Shown in pieces: positions 27,001 to 36,019 of a stretch of 64,000 bases of DNA. Position numbers and translations under genes: made by a program. Source of the DNA: Robiginitomaculum sp. (GTDB lineage Bacteria; Pseudomonadota; Alphaproteobacteria; Caulobacterales; Maricaulaceae); contig JAKIUV010000003.1 in NCBI GenBank assembly GCA_021647375.1, positions 5,528 to 69,527 of the forward strand, in the 5' to 3' direction. How positions within the stretch are numbered: position 1 is the stretch's first letter; every line of letters starts with the position of its first letter. The notes beneath the pieces were generated by a model. The model had not been told where the DNA came from, ran no database searches, and saw nothing but the letters and a program-made list of their open reading frames with translations.

Positions 27001-29128
27001 TGAATATTTGGGGGAAAATTTCCAAGCCATTGCTTACGGAGCCGAGACCAATCAAGGCTTTGCCAAAGACGAAATAGCGGCTGACGGCACCAGCGGCCCT
27101 TACCGCCTGTCCAACACCTTTGTTTTGGCAAATTCAGAAACCATTACTCTTGAGACCCGTGACCGGGTGCGTGCAGATGTCATTCTTGAGAGCCGCCGTT
27201 TAATCCGGCATTTGGATTATACCTTGGACAATATTACGGGAGAAATAATTTTCCGCTTGCCTGTTGACGTATCGGATAGTGGTTTTAACCCCAATGTCAT
27301 TGTGGTGGACTACGAGACTTCTAATGATAGTGAGCGAAATCTGTCTTACGGCGGGCGCATACAGAAGCAAATTATGGATGGTCGTGTTCAAATCGGCTCA
27401 ACCTTTGTCCACGAGGGCGGCAATGGCAATGGTGCGGGGGGCAAAGCCGATATGATCGGTGCTGAAATTATCGCACAGGTTGGTAAGGGTACAGAGTTCC
27501 GCGCAGAGTTTGCCACAAGCCGATCTAAGGTCAATGCGCAAGAGGATTATAAATCTGCCAATGCCTATTTGGCGGAGATCAACCATACGAGTAAGACGTT
27601 AAATGCAGGTGTTTATGTGCGTTCAGAAGAGGCGGGTTTTGGATTGGTACAGCGCAGTACAACAACCAGCGATATTCGCCGCTATGGTGCCAATGTGGAT
27701 TACAAATTCCAAGAACTTGAAAACAAAGAAACTGGGCGTCGTGGTTCGCGCAATATGTCCGCCAGCATTTACAAGGTTGATAATTTGGGCACAGGGGATT
27801 CGCGCATGTTGTCTGAAATAAGTGTCAACCAAGAAAGCGAAAAATTAAGTGCTTCTCTTGGGCTACGTGCGGTAAAAGACAAATTCGTAACGGGCAATGA
27901 CCGCGAGTCTATTCTCGCCTTAGCCAGCGTTCAATATGCTTTGCCTAAACACGGTGCGACTTTCCAAATCAACCATGAGCAACCAATTGGCGGGAAAGAC
28001 ACCGTCGGTGATTTTCCGGAGCGCACACGTATATCCGTAACGAAGACCATAACGGAAAAAGCTAGCGTGCGCATCAATCATGACATATTGGGCGGTGCCA
28101 CATCGGCAGGACAAAACACCTCTATCGGTGTGAGCTATACGCCGTGGGCCGGCACAGATCTTTCTTTAGGTTCGGATATGATAACGTCTGATAGCGGCAG
28201 ACGCATCGGAGCCACCATTGGCCTTGACCAACAATTGCAACTTTCGCCTAAATGGAGCACATCCTTTGGTCTCACCAATAGACGGATATTTGGCAACGGA
28301 AATACTATTGAGCAAGTGGCTCCCGATGCCGCTATATCGGCTTTTGAAACCAATGAAGCCTATCTTTCAGCTTATGTAGGCGCGGGGTACCGCACCGGGG
28401 AAACAAGCATGTCTGCTCGCCTGGAAGTGCGCGATGCCGTGTCCAGCGAAGCCCTTATCGCCAGCGTGGCGGCTGCCCGCGAGATGTCGGAAAAACTGTC
28501 TTTCGCAGGTGCCTTTAGAGCCAATTTTAGAAACCAGGATATAGTTGGCGCTGCGGGCTTGTCCGGTCGTTCGAGCCGGATTGATGGCCGGATTGGTACC
28601 GCTTGGCGTCCGCGCAGTACGGATGAATTGGTCATATTGAACCGCTTTGATGTCAGAGTTGATAATAGTTTAACAGGTACCAAGACCACAAAACTGGTTA
28701 ATAATTTTACGGCCAATACAATGTTGAACGAGCGTTGGCAGCTTGCGGGTAATTACGGCGTGAAATATGTGAAGACCGATTTTGACGGTACATCCTATAG
28801 CGGTTTCTCGCATCTTATCGGCGGCGAAACGCGGTTTGATATAACCGAACGCATTGATATTGGCTTGCACGGCTCCGTATTGTACGGCGCAAATTCTGAT
28901 ACGCTCAGCTATGCCTACGGGCCGTCCATAGGCATCTCGCCTGTTGACAATGTTTGGCTTAGCCTGGGGTATAATGTCGAGGGTTATAAAGACCGGGATT
29001 TCTCTGCCGCAGAGTACAGCCAAAAAGGCGCCTATATAAAATTCCGCTTCAAATTTGACCAAAATACGGCGCGCGGATTATTAGACATGATCTCGCCCAA
29101 AAGCGACTTTTCTGCAAAAACAAATTAA
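24023..29128 (+). CDS. giant outer-membrane protein: DUF11, prealbumin-like/SdrD-B-like and Ig-like domains plus a ~830-aa C-terminal beta-barrel-like region (the start may be 24041)
   Basis: Signal peptide ending AQA. DUF11 motif: GDFVPYTITVENRGQAGSPVVLVDSLPQGFKYVAGSS. SdrD-B-like segment: GVKGVRLYMETGAYAITDEDGLYNFGGVKTGTHVV. The C-terminal third has alternating-hydrophobic strands ending GAYIKFRFKFDQ. Confidence 0.65.
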   Translation: MKCRTRMVSSRILTWVRCLVFVALGLIVSVGGLAQATILGQTVTNVASVSYDVDGGGSVTVVTNPAIFVISAERTDSTIDFFRYAPNAPEAVNVQINGADYSPLGHTPGPFVAMPAPERTAGVPLNISTPIPLIPASTYFSGELMFVRVRDLGQNGDQNRIETVIITVLTADGDEICLRLYESGLDTGEFWAWVPSSRDTTPKNDPVLTTPQGTTLTATYIDSFDATEISIDTALVDPYGRVFNGVTGDYVDNARVTLIDAVTGQPANVFGIDGVSRYPNSVLTGQDTTDASGLVYDIRPGEFRFPLAPVGEYFIRVDPPQGFSFASSLTTADFTNLTNAPFVIETNASYGRNFTLNSSGPLNFDIPLDAETDFVIAKSSELRAGDIGDFVPYTITVENRGQAGSPVVLVDSLPQGFKYVAGSSTLDTQKVADPEISVSGNKLTYRPGILRTGETFKLTYVLEIGAGAGTGEAINAVVALDGNNAPVSNVARYSLTLREDLLRSTSTLIGRVAEYACNGDEDWAREIENGTGVKGVRLYMETGAYAITDEDGLYNFGGVKTGTHVVQIDTETLPEGYEVMTCEESTRYAGKPYSQFIEIQGGGLWRANFYLKNTGGTEALKQEVEFNDRTEYRSFDAAWLDTQTPDLEWVYPSPVRTPSTPSVNIGIKHAPGQKIDLQVNGRSVPTANFEARDSNRTRTVMMSRWRGVDILEGQNTFNIAVKNAVGETIKTMTRDIHYAKTIARAYTLPDQSKLVADGRTTPILAVRLENAAGRPVHAGRIAQIDIAAPYRLYNKSRLEGAEELVSPNSARANIVAGADGIARIELEPTLQAGKVTIIVTLDNGRKLELFMYLEPEKRDWIIVGLAEGSVAYNSLKNKSVALVAGAADDLTSDGRVAFFAKGLIKGDWMLTLAVDTDKRRGNRDGGFRTEIDPNAYYTLYGDRSYNEFEAASRYPVYIKLEKKRFYAMFGDFNTNITEGKLTRYNRHLSGIKSEYLGENFQAIAYGAETNQGFAKDEIAADGTSGPYRLSNTFVLANSETITLETRDRVRADVILESRRLIRHLDYTLDNITGEIIFRLPVDVSDSGFNPNVIVVDYETSNDSERNLSYGGRIQKQIMDGRVQIGSTFVHEGGNGNGAGGKADMIGAEIIAQVGKGTEFRAEFATSRSKVNAQEDYKSANAYLAEINHTSKTLNAGVYVRSEEAGFGLVQRSTTTSDIRRYGANVDYKFQELENKETGRRGSRNMSASIYKVDNLGTGDSRMLSEISVNQESEKLSASLGLRAVKDKFVTGNDRESILALASVQYALPKHGATFQINHEQPIGGKDTVGDFPERTRISVTKTITEKASVRINHDILGGATSAGQNTSIGVSYTPWAGTDLSLGSDMITSDSGRRIGATIGLDQQLQLSPKWSTSFGLTNRRIFGNGNTIEQVAPDAAISAFETNEAYLSAYVGAGYRTGETSMSARLEVRDAVSSEALIASVAAAREMSEKLSFAGAFRANFRNQDIVGAAGLSGRSSRIDGRIGTAWRPRSTDELVILNRFDVRVDNSLTGTKTTKLVNNFTANTMLNERWQLAGNYGVKYVKTDFDGTSYSGFSHLIGGETRFDITERIDIGLHGSVLYGANSDTLSYAYGPSIGISPVDNVWLSLGYNVEGYKDRDFSAAEYSQKGAYIKFRFKFDQNTARGLLDMISPKSDFSAKTN

Positions 29129-29161
29129 GGGTTGTGCGGAAAATATTTAGACCCTTTTTTA
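29127..29161 (+). terminator. possible intrinsic terminator between convergent genes
   Basis: aagggt-N18-accctt followed by tttttt. The large loop makes it weak. Confidence 0.4.
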
Positions 29162-29163
29162 TA

Positions 29164-29724
29164 TCATACCTCCAAACCCAACCGCTCGCGAACTCGCATG
29201 ATAAATGCTTTTTGCTCGGGGTTTGCTTCGCCGTCGGCTTGGGATATTTTGCCCAACATGTCCGATAAATCGTCTGCTTCGGCTCGGTTAATCGCTTTGG
29301 ATAATATATTGGTCATAGGTGCCAGCACTGTATCAGGCTGGACGAAGTCTTTCACGGCCCAGCGCATTTGCGTCGATAACTCGTCTGCCTCTACCGCCGA
29401 TATTTTCATATAGGACTTCAAGGTTGAAATAATGCGACTAGTCGAGGCACCGCTGATCAGGCCATCATGGGCGGCGGCGTAATCAGACAGTTTGGCAACA
29501 CTGACCATAAGAATGGTTGCTGCTTCCATGGGGTTGTCGATTAAATCAATACCGCGCTTGGAGGCATTGTTTTTAAAGCGCATACGGCGCGGCATATTGC
29601 GCAAAGTACTGGCCGCATTCGCCACATCTCTGGCACCGCGCGCCGCCCGGCTGATCCAAAATATGGCACTGGCGACGGCAATAATAATCCCGATTATGTG
29701 CATAGCATTTTCCTTTGCTGGCAC
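29164..29724 (-). CDS. membrane-anchored TerB/DjlA-N-like protein
   Basis: N-terminal TM helix (HIIGIIIAVASAIFWI) followed by a helical TerB-like region. The start may be 29703. Confidence 0.45.
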   Translation of the reverse strand: MPAKENAMHIIGIIIAVASAIFWISRAARGARDVANAASTLRNMPRRMRFKNNASKRGIDLIDNPMEAATILMVSVAKLSDYAAAHDGLISGASTSRIISTLKSYMKISAVEADELSTQMRWAVKDFVQPDTVLAPMTNILSKAINRAEADDLSDMLGKISQADGEANPEQKAFIMRVRERLGLEV

Positions 29725-29736
29725 TATAGGCGGTTT

Positions 29737-30462
29737 CTAGCGACAGGACAAGCTTGGTCCTTGGTCAAGGTGAAAATGGTCTTTGTGCGCATCATTATAA
29801 TCCGGTGACAACACCACCCGAAACAAGCGGCACGCGGAGCCGCGCGCTTCGTGCAGGAATTTGGCTTTGCTGCGCCCCTCTTTACTACCGTCGCTACGCC
29901 AGTGTTTTAATATAGAAACCACCCGCCCGTCTTCCAGTTCAAACCCGGTAATGTCCCAAGCATTGGCAAAAGCATGTTCTGACCAGGCACCTGAACTATT
30001 GCCTCTTTGCCGGCGGCAAGAATATGTGCCAGCATGGTGGGCTTTCTTGAGGCCGCTTCCCATATATTTACGGGCATGTTTATCCACTTGCCTCAGCCAG
30101 ATATAAGATGCCAAGACCAAGGGGCATTGTCCCGTTACCTGCTTTGGCCGGAACCGTGCGCCGGATGCTTTGGTCATGGTCGCCGCGACCTTCCAACCAC
30201 AAGCCTTATTGCCTGTCTGGCTGTCTTTTTTGGGTGCGGCTTGCACATAATTCAGGTGCAAGGCTTCGTCTAATTTTCCCATACAAGCAGAGCTGGGGCC
30301 TAAGGCGATTAAGGTGATTTTGGTGCCTGTAGCAAATCCGACCTGTGCCTCGACATCAAGCGGTTTCCACGGCAAATGCTGTGGGGGCACGAAGCGGTCC
30401 GCCAGTAATATCAGCAATAAAATAAATGCAAAGAGCAACCCCGCCTTGGTGCGGCGGCGCAA
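29737..30462 (-). CDS. extensin-like C-terminal domain protein
   Basis: 241 aa; N-terminal anchor; conserved tail (SEHAFANAWDITGF...DYNDAHKDHFHLD). Confidence 0.6.
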   Translation of the reverse strand: MRRRTKAGLLFAFILLLILLADRFVPPQHLPWKPLDVEAQVGFATGTKITLIALGPSSACMGKLDEALHLNYVQAAPKKDSQTGNKACGWKVAATMTKASGARFRPKQVTGQCPLVLASYIWLRQVDKHARKYMGSGLKKAHHAGTYSCRRQRGNSSGAWSEHAFANAWDITGFELEDGRVVSILKHWRSDGSKEGRSKAKFLHEARGSACRLFRVVLSPDYNDAHKDHFHLDQGPSLSCR

Positions 30463-30469
30463 ATTTAAC

Positions 30470-30778
30470 CTAAGCAGCTTCAGTTTCAGCTTCTGCTTCT
30501 GTAGTTTTTTTGACCAAAGCCCGTTTGATTTTTTTGGCTTTGTCGGTCAATTTAGCATTTTTGGTGTTCATCAAAAAGCCGTCCAGACCGCCTTTGAAAT
30601 CAACTGTGCGCAATGACGCGGCGGTAACGCGCATTTTAAACTTTTGACCAAGAATGTCGGATGCCAAAGTGACATTGCACAAATTCGGCTCAAAACGGCG
30701 TTTTGTCCGTACTTTAGAGTGAGAAACATTATTTCCGCTCATTGGGCCTGTACCCATAAGATCGCAACGACGTGCCAT
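30470..30778 (-). CDS. rpmB: 50S ribosomal protein L28
   Basis: MARRCDLMGTGPMSGNNVSHSKVRTKRRFEPNL, plus a Lys/Ala/Glu-rich tail. Confidence 0.9.
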   Translation of the reverse strand: MARRCDLMGTGPMSGNNVSHSKVRTKRRFEPNLCNVTLASDILGQKFKMRVTAASLRTVDFKGGLDGFLMNTKNAKLTDKAKKIKRALVKKTTEAEAETEAA

Positions 30779-31030
30779 GACAAAGTCCTTTAGTATTAAA
30801 TTCTAGTATTCCATTCGCTATTCAGGCGCAGATATGCCGCCATAAAAACAAGTTTGCGGGACATACCCCCCTAAAACCCCAAGGTCAAGCACCATATTGC
30901 GCTAAATGTCAGAGAAAATACCTCCAGCCGCAAACCAATAAACCATATGGTCGCACCGCCTCAGGCATGAGTACATATTGATAATTCAGCCGACTTGCTC
31001 ATTCCCGCTCCCCCGCCTATAGGGTTTGCT

Positions 31031-31888
31031 ATGAAATTTATGATTCTAAATGGGGCCGGCAATCGGTTCGGCGTATTTGACGCCCGGGGCCGCCCCGGTT
31101 TTGCCATGACATCCGAACTGGCCAAAGCCACCGCCGCCAAAGGGGGGGTGATGGGGGCGCGCGGCGCTGACCAAATCATTGTTATGAGGGCGCCTAAATC
31201 TGCGCAGGTCGATAAGTTGCAGGCAGATGTGTTCATGGAAATATGGAATGCGGACGGCGGTCAGGTCGATGCCTGCGGCAATGCTTCGCGCTGTATTCCG
31301 TGGTTGGTGATGGTTGAAACCGGGCGGGATGCTATCCTGCTTGAGACCAATGCCGGACTGTTACAGACCACCCGCACGGGCGAATTTTCCGTCGCCGTTG
31401 ATATGGGTGAGCCGCGTCTTGACTGGACGGAAATCCCGCTCAAGGAATATATGGACACCCATGTCATAGACGTCAAAGTCGGCCCCATAGATGCGCCGAT
31501 ACTGGCGCGGCCTGGCGCGGTAAATATGGGCAATCCCCACTGTGTTTTCTTTGTGGAGAACGTAGAGGAAACGGCGGTCGATAAAATAGGCCCGATGATA
31601 GAATTCCATCCTTTATTCCCCCAGCAGTGCAATGTCGGTTTTGCCGAAATCCGCAGCCGCAACGAAATCCGCCTTCGGGTTTGGGAGCGCGGGGTTGGCA
31701 TCACCAAAGCATGCGGCACAGGTGCCTGCGCTGCCTTGGTCGCCGCCCACCGCCAAAGCCGTACCGACCGTAGCGCAAGTGTCATTATGGACGGCGGCAC
31801 ATTGCACATAGAATGGCGGGAGACCGACAACCACGTCATTATGACCGGCCCCGTAGAGCTGGAGTTTGAAGGTAAGTTGGACGCTTAA
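31031..31888 (+). CDS. dapF: diaminopimelate epimerase
   Basis: MKFMILNGAGNRF, catalytic Cys motifs (DACGNASRC and KACGTGACA), NMGNPHCVFFV. Confidence 0.9.
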   Translation: MKFMILNGAGNRFGVFDARGRPGFAMTSELAKATAAKGGVMGARGADQIIVMRAPKSAQVDKLQADVFMEIWNADGGQVDACGNASRCIPWLVMVETGRDAILLETNAGLLQTTRTGEFSVAVDMGEPRLDWTEIPLKEYMDTHVIDVKVGPIDAPILARPGAVNMGNPHCVFFVENVEETAVDKIGPMIEFHPLFPQQCNVGFAEIRSRNEIRLRVWERGVGITKACGTGACAALVAAHRQSRTDRSASVIMDGGTLHIEWRETDNHVIMTGPVELEFEGKLDA

Positions 31889-31898
31889 ATATTGGCAT

Positions 31899-32693
31899 TT
31901 ATGGGGGTTCTCGTATAAGATAATCGTCTAAATTTTCCGCCGCTTCATGTTCATTTTTGCGCGGCGGATATATGGGTATTTCACCTGCTTTTTCAGGTGT
32001 GACCACCCCCGCACTTTGCGCATCTTTTTCCGCGCTGGCCGCTTCTGGCACCAATTCATCGGGGGTGAAGCAGATGGGTTTCATGGCGCGTTTACCGCGC
32101 TGCAAGCCGCCTTTATTTTTGCCTTTATTCTTGTCTTGAATATCCACACCCCAAAGCTTGAGATAGGCGGCGCGGGTTTGTTCCAGCTTAGGGTCAGGCC
32201 GAGACCGCCCATATAAAAACCGCCCGACATTGAATATTTTGACCAAGGCAAAGGGCTTCCAATTATAGGTGCGGGGTGCGGGGTTTATCGCAGGCTTATG
32301 GCTCCAGTTTTGTTGAACCCCGCCAAACCCAGCAAAACCATTTGGAAATTTCCGCTTCCAATCGCCGAAATGTTTTGTCAGCGCATAGTCCGCCAAACGG
32401 TTTTTACGCCAGCGCTTGATAGCCCGTTCGCCGATAACCCGGCGAACAAAGGCAATGCGTTGGGGGCTTTGCAACACCCAGGCCTTGATGCGCATATTGA
32501 GGTTTTCTCTAGCCTTGATGCGCAAGTCCCGCGACTGCCGTGCCAACATGCGCTCACAAAACCGTGCCATCTGCGCCCCGCCAATCCGCGCTTCAATCAC
32601 AGCCAGCAGGGTGGTGATAAACCCCGACAGCGCCGCCAAATCCCAAAGTCCGGGCGGCGATAATTTGTTTATCTCATTTAGGTCAAGTTTCAT
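31899..32693 (-). CDS. hypothetical basic protein (264 aa)
   Basis: ORF track only; Arg/Lys-rich; no motif recognised. Confidence 0.4.
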   Translation of the reverse strand: MKLDLNEINKLSPPGLWDLAALSGFITTLLAVIEARIGGAQMARFCERMLARQSRDLRIKARENLNMRIKAWVLQSPQRIAFVRRVIGERAIKRWRKNRLADYALTKHFGDWKRKFPNGFAGFGGVQQNWSHKPAINPAPRTYNWKPFALVKIFNVGRFLYGRSRPDPKLEQTRAAYLKLWGVDIQDKNKGKNKGGLQRGKRAMKPICFTPDELVPEAASAEKDAQSAGVVTPEKAGEIPIYPPRKNEHEAAENLDDYLIREPP

Positions 32694-32824
32694 GCTTAGG
32701 AGAATAAACCAGCCCAGAACACCATGGATAAGTTTTTTGAAATAATGTTTTGGAGAGAAATCAAAGGAGAAATAACCGGACTATTTGGGGAGAGGAGTGG
32801 TGAAAGGGGAGGGTATTGCTTGCT

Positions 32825-33760
32825 CTAAATGCCCAGTTTTTTCGCAAGTGTTTTTGCCAGTCTTTGCGCGCCTTTATTGTCTGCGCCTGAGCCTTCGGCG
32901 AATCCCAGATATAAATATGGTTCTATGAGTTCCAGCTCTATCAGCAGCAAACGCCCGTCGTCGGCGCGCAGCAGGTCTACCCGGGCGTAGAGCGGGGTGA
33001 AATCGAGCATGTCAAACACGGCGCGAGCCTGAGCGCGTTCTTGTTGGTTCGGCGCGTAAGCTTGTTCGCGGCCACCGTAAATAGATTGGACACGGTAATC
33101 GCCGTCTTTGGGGCGTTTGACCAGTGCATGGGAGAATGCGCCGCCAAAATACAAGAAAGAATATTCGCCCTCGGTCAGGACGCTTTTCACGAAAGGTTGG
33201 ATGAGCGTGCCAGCGGGGGGTAATTTGTCCTTGCTCGGATAAGGATCGCCTTTCTTGAGCAGAACTTGCCGCCAGGCACCGCCGCCCACATCCGGTTTTA
33301 TGACGAGTTGGTCACAGCCAGAAGCCTCGCCTGCAAATTTTTCAAATGAACGCTGGACTTCGGCTTCGGAAACCCGGTCGACCCGGCGCGACGGAATGGT
33401 GTGTACACCCTGGTGCGCCAAATCTTCCAGATAGGATTTATTGCTGTTCCACTGGACAACATCAAAGCGGTTGAAGAGTTCTGTCTTTTGGCAGATTTGC
33501 GCCATAGCTTGCAGGAATGCTTGTTGGTTGCTTTCAAAATAATCCCAGACCAGCAAAGGCAACATAGCGTCATAGTCGTCTGCCACCGCTGCTGCATCAC
33601 GCCAGTTGAGTACATCCAGCTTCATACCCAATGCGGCGAAGGCCGGGCGCAATTTACCGATTTCTTCTTCCAGTTCAAACGCATCCGAGCGCAAATCCGG
33701 ATGGCCCGGCAAGAGATTGCCAGAGGCAAGGATGGCGACTTTTTTCATATCATTTTTCAT
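32825..33760 (-). CDS. ATP-grasp fold protein (RimK / glutathione-synthetase-like)
   Basis: 311 aa. LVIKPDVGGGAWRQ, EGEYSFLYFGG and LIELELIEPYL resemble ATP-grasp strands. Confidence 0.55.
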   Translation of the reverse strand: MKNDMKKVAILASGNLLPGHPDLRSDAFELEEEIGKLRPAFAALGMKLDVLNWRDAAAVADDYDAMLPLLVWDYFESNQQAFLQAMAQICQKTELFNRFDVVQWNSNKSYLEDLAHQGVHTIPSRRVDRVSEAEVQRSFEKFAGEASGCDQLVIKPDVGGGAWRQVLLKKGDPYPSKDKLPPAGTLIQPFVKSVLTEGEYSFLYFGGAFSHALVKRPKDGDYRVQSIYGGREQAYAPNQQERAQARAVFDMLDFTPLYARVDLLRADDGRLLLIELELIEPYLYLGFAEGSGADNKGAQRLAKTLAKKLGI

Positions 33761-33872
33761 AAGAACCGCCTAGCGGCATAAACCGCAAAGGACAACCCCC
33801 TTATGGCTTCCGTCCTCCGCCGCAGACGGGTAGGGCAATTGCATATGGGGTTCCATTATGAAATATTTCCTA

Positions 33873-34070
33873 CATCCTCACCCCGCCTGCGGGGGAGGTG
33901 GGCGCCCCTTGGCGCTCGGAGGGGGAAGCAACTACCGGCACAATAATTCCCTGAAATGATTATCCGGACAGCTTACCAAACTGTCGCATCTCATGTCTGG
34001 TGTTTGCTGAAACCTGCTTCCCTCTCCGCCCCTAAGAAGGGGCACCTCCCCCACAAGTTGGGTGAGGATG
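33873..34070. repeat. composite palindromic intergenic repeat, family A, copy 2
   Basis: Same inverted arms as copy 1 (catcctcaccccgcctgcgggggaggtg...cggagggggaagc / gcttccctctccgcc...cacctcccccacaagttgggtgaggatg) around an ~86-nt spacer. Lies in a divergent promoter region. Confidence 0.8.
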
Positions 34071-34138
34071 GCGTGTTATCCGCTTGCAAAACACGTGGCT
34101 CTCCCTTATGCGCAGTTTAAATTTTTTGGAGATTAGAC

Positions 34139-35146
34139 ATGCGCGCACACTATGATGTTTTGGGGATTGGCAATGCCATTATGGATGTGATTGCTCCTGT
34201 GGACGAAGAGGTGCTTTTGGCTGAGAATATCACCAAGGCCTCCATGACTTTAATCGACCAAGAGCGGGCGTTACAGCTCCATGGCGCTTTAAAAAAATCC
34301 AGCGACAGCCTCAGCGAAATTGCTGGTGGTTCCGGGGCTAACACTGTTGCGGGCATTGCGGCTCTCGGGGTTTCGGCGGCCTATATTGGCAAGGTTGCGG
34401 ACGACGGTTTGGGCAAGCGTTTCACGGATAGCCTTGCGGCACTCGGTGTCACGGCCAACACGGCGCCCCTGAAAAAGGGTGAGGCTACGGCGCGGTCATT
34501 GATCGCGGTCACGCCCGACGGGGAACGCTCTATGTCGACCTATTTGGGGGCTAATGTTACATTCGGGGTCAAAGATATAGACCCCGCAATCGTGCGGGCG
34601 TCTGCGGTCACCTATATGGAGGGGTATTTGTTCGACACCGACGCGCAAAAGGCCGCCTTTGTCAAAGCCGCCGAAATCGCCAAGGCCGCCGGACGGCAAG
34701 TTGCCCTGACATTATCCGATAGTTTTTGCGTTGACCGCCACCGCGCCGCCTTCGCCCACCTTGTGGATAACCATGTGGATATTTTGTTTGCGAATGAGGC
34801 AGAACTTTTATCCCTTTATGAAACCGATGATTTAAATGCGGCGTTGGATAATGTATGGGCGACAGGAACCACGACATTAGTGACATTATCGGACAAAGGT
34901 TCTTTGATAAAGAATTCTGGGGATGTGCACGAGATCCCGGCTCTCTCTGTGGATAAAGTTATCGACACCACAGGCGCAGGCGACCAATATGCTGCGGGCG
35001 TACTCGCAGGACGCGCCATGGGTCTTGACTGGCAAGATGCAGGGCGTCTTGGCTCGACCTGCGCATCCGAAGTCATTAGTCATTACGGCGCACGTCCAGA
35101 AGCCAGCATTCACCAGCTTGTCGTAGACGGCGTCACACGCCTTTGA
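34139..35146 (+). CDS. PfkB-family carbohydrate/nucleoside kinase (adenosine kinase-like)
   Basis: GGSGANT and DTTGAGDQYAAGVL motifs; 335 aa. Confidence 0.75.
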   Translation: MRAHYDVLGIGNAIMDVIAPVDEEVLLAENITKASMTLIDQERALQLHGALKKSSDSLSEIAGGSGANTVAGIAALGVSAAYIGKVADDGLGKRFTDSLAALGVTANTAPLKKGEATARSLIAVTPDGERSMSTYLGANVTFGVKDIDPAIVRASAVTYMEGYLFDTDAQKAAFVKAAEIAKAAGRQVALTLSDSFCVDRHRAAFAHLVDNHVDILFANEAELLSLYETDDLNAALDNVWATGTTTLVTLSDKGSLIKNSGDVHEIPALSVDKVIDTTGAGDQYAAGVLAGRAMGLDWQDAGRLGSTCASEVISHYGARPEASIHQLVVDGVTRL

Positions 35147-35152
35147 GGCAAT

Positions 35153-35180
35153 AAAAAAGCCCCGCGCAGGCAGGGCTTTT
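35153..35180. terminator. bidirectional intrinsic terminator between the kinase gene and rplT
   Basis: aaaaaagccc-cgcgcaggca-gggctttt: a hairpin flanked by an A-tract and a T-tract. Confidence 0.6.
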
Positions 35181-35200
35181 CAAATTTCGATAGTACCGAC

Positions 35201-35557
35201 CTACTTAATCGCGGCTTTCGCTTGATCAACAATGGCTTTGAACGCATCTGGTTCGTGCATGGCTAGGCTGGCGAGGACTTTGCGGTCAATTTCGATGCCG
35301 GCTTTGCCCATGGCACCCATAAAGGTGGCGTATGTCATGCCGTGCAGGCGAACAGCCGCATTGATCCGCTGGATCCAAAGGGCGCGGAACTGACGCTTTT
35401 TAAGTTTACGGCCAATATAAGCATATTGTCCGGCTTTCTCGACGGCCTGATTGGCAATGCGGAAAGTGTTTTTACGGCGGCCACGATAGCCTTTTGCCGC
35501 GTCGATAATTTTTTTGTGGCGAGCGTGCTTGGTGACGCCTCTTGATACTCGAGCCAT
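35201..35557 (-). CDS. rplT: 50S ribosomal protein L20
   Basis: [30 protein letters not shown]... Confidence 0.95.
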   Translation of the reverse strand: MARVSRGVTKHARHKKIIDAAKGYRGRRKNTFRIANQAVEKAGQYAYIGRKLKKRQFRALWIQRINAAVRLHGMTYATFMGAMGKAGIEIDRKVLASLAMHEPDAFKAIVDQAKAAIK

Positions 35558-35609
35558 AATTTACTCCAAAACTGATATATAATTAGGTTGATAGGTGGGC
35601 TTAGCCCGA

Positions 35610-35810
35610 TTAGCCATTTGGCATGAATTGTTTGCGAATAACGCGCGCATCACAGTCTTTGAGGATGCGGGTGCCACGTTTATTGCGGATTTGTTTGTTT
35701 GTCCGCTTGATCATGCCGTGCTGCTTGCCTGCTGAGGAGGCTTTCACTTTACCCGATTTGGTCAGTTTGAAGCGCTTTTTGGCGCCGCTTTTGGTCTTCA
35801 TTTTTGGCAT
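35610..35810 (-). CDS. rpmI: 50S ribosomal protein L35
   Basis: [23 protein letters not shown]...; internal ATG of ORF 35610..35828. Confidence 0.9.
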   Translation of the reverse strand: MPKMKTKSGAKKRFKLTKSGKVKASSAGKQHGMIKRTNKQIRNKRGTRILKDCDARVIRKQFMPNG

Positions 35811-36019
35811 TTCGTTCTCCATTATCATGAGCGCATAACCGCTCGAACTTAAGAACCGCCAGGCATGCCTTTAGCCTGACAAGTTGCGTCCCATCATTGG
35901 GAACAGGGCTTATAGCGGCGCGGGAGAAGAATGCAAGGGGCTAATCAGCATAATTTCAGCCCTGCACATCCTATTTGCTTGCATGTATAAATTGTGCTAG
36001 TGTTGGGTAGGTTATTTGG

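Noticed and set aside
30314-30616. A 100-aa plus-strand ORF with an FSFSFCFCSFF low-complexity run
   Set aside because: It is antisense to the Glu/Ala/Thr-rich tail of rpmB and to the start of the extensin-like gene. A compositional artefact.
35829-36019. A possible L20-binding leader upstream of rpmI (contains the perfect palindrome aggcatgcct)
   Set aside because: I recognise no structural resemblance to known L20 leaders. A single 10-nt palindrome is insufficient evidence.
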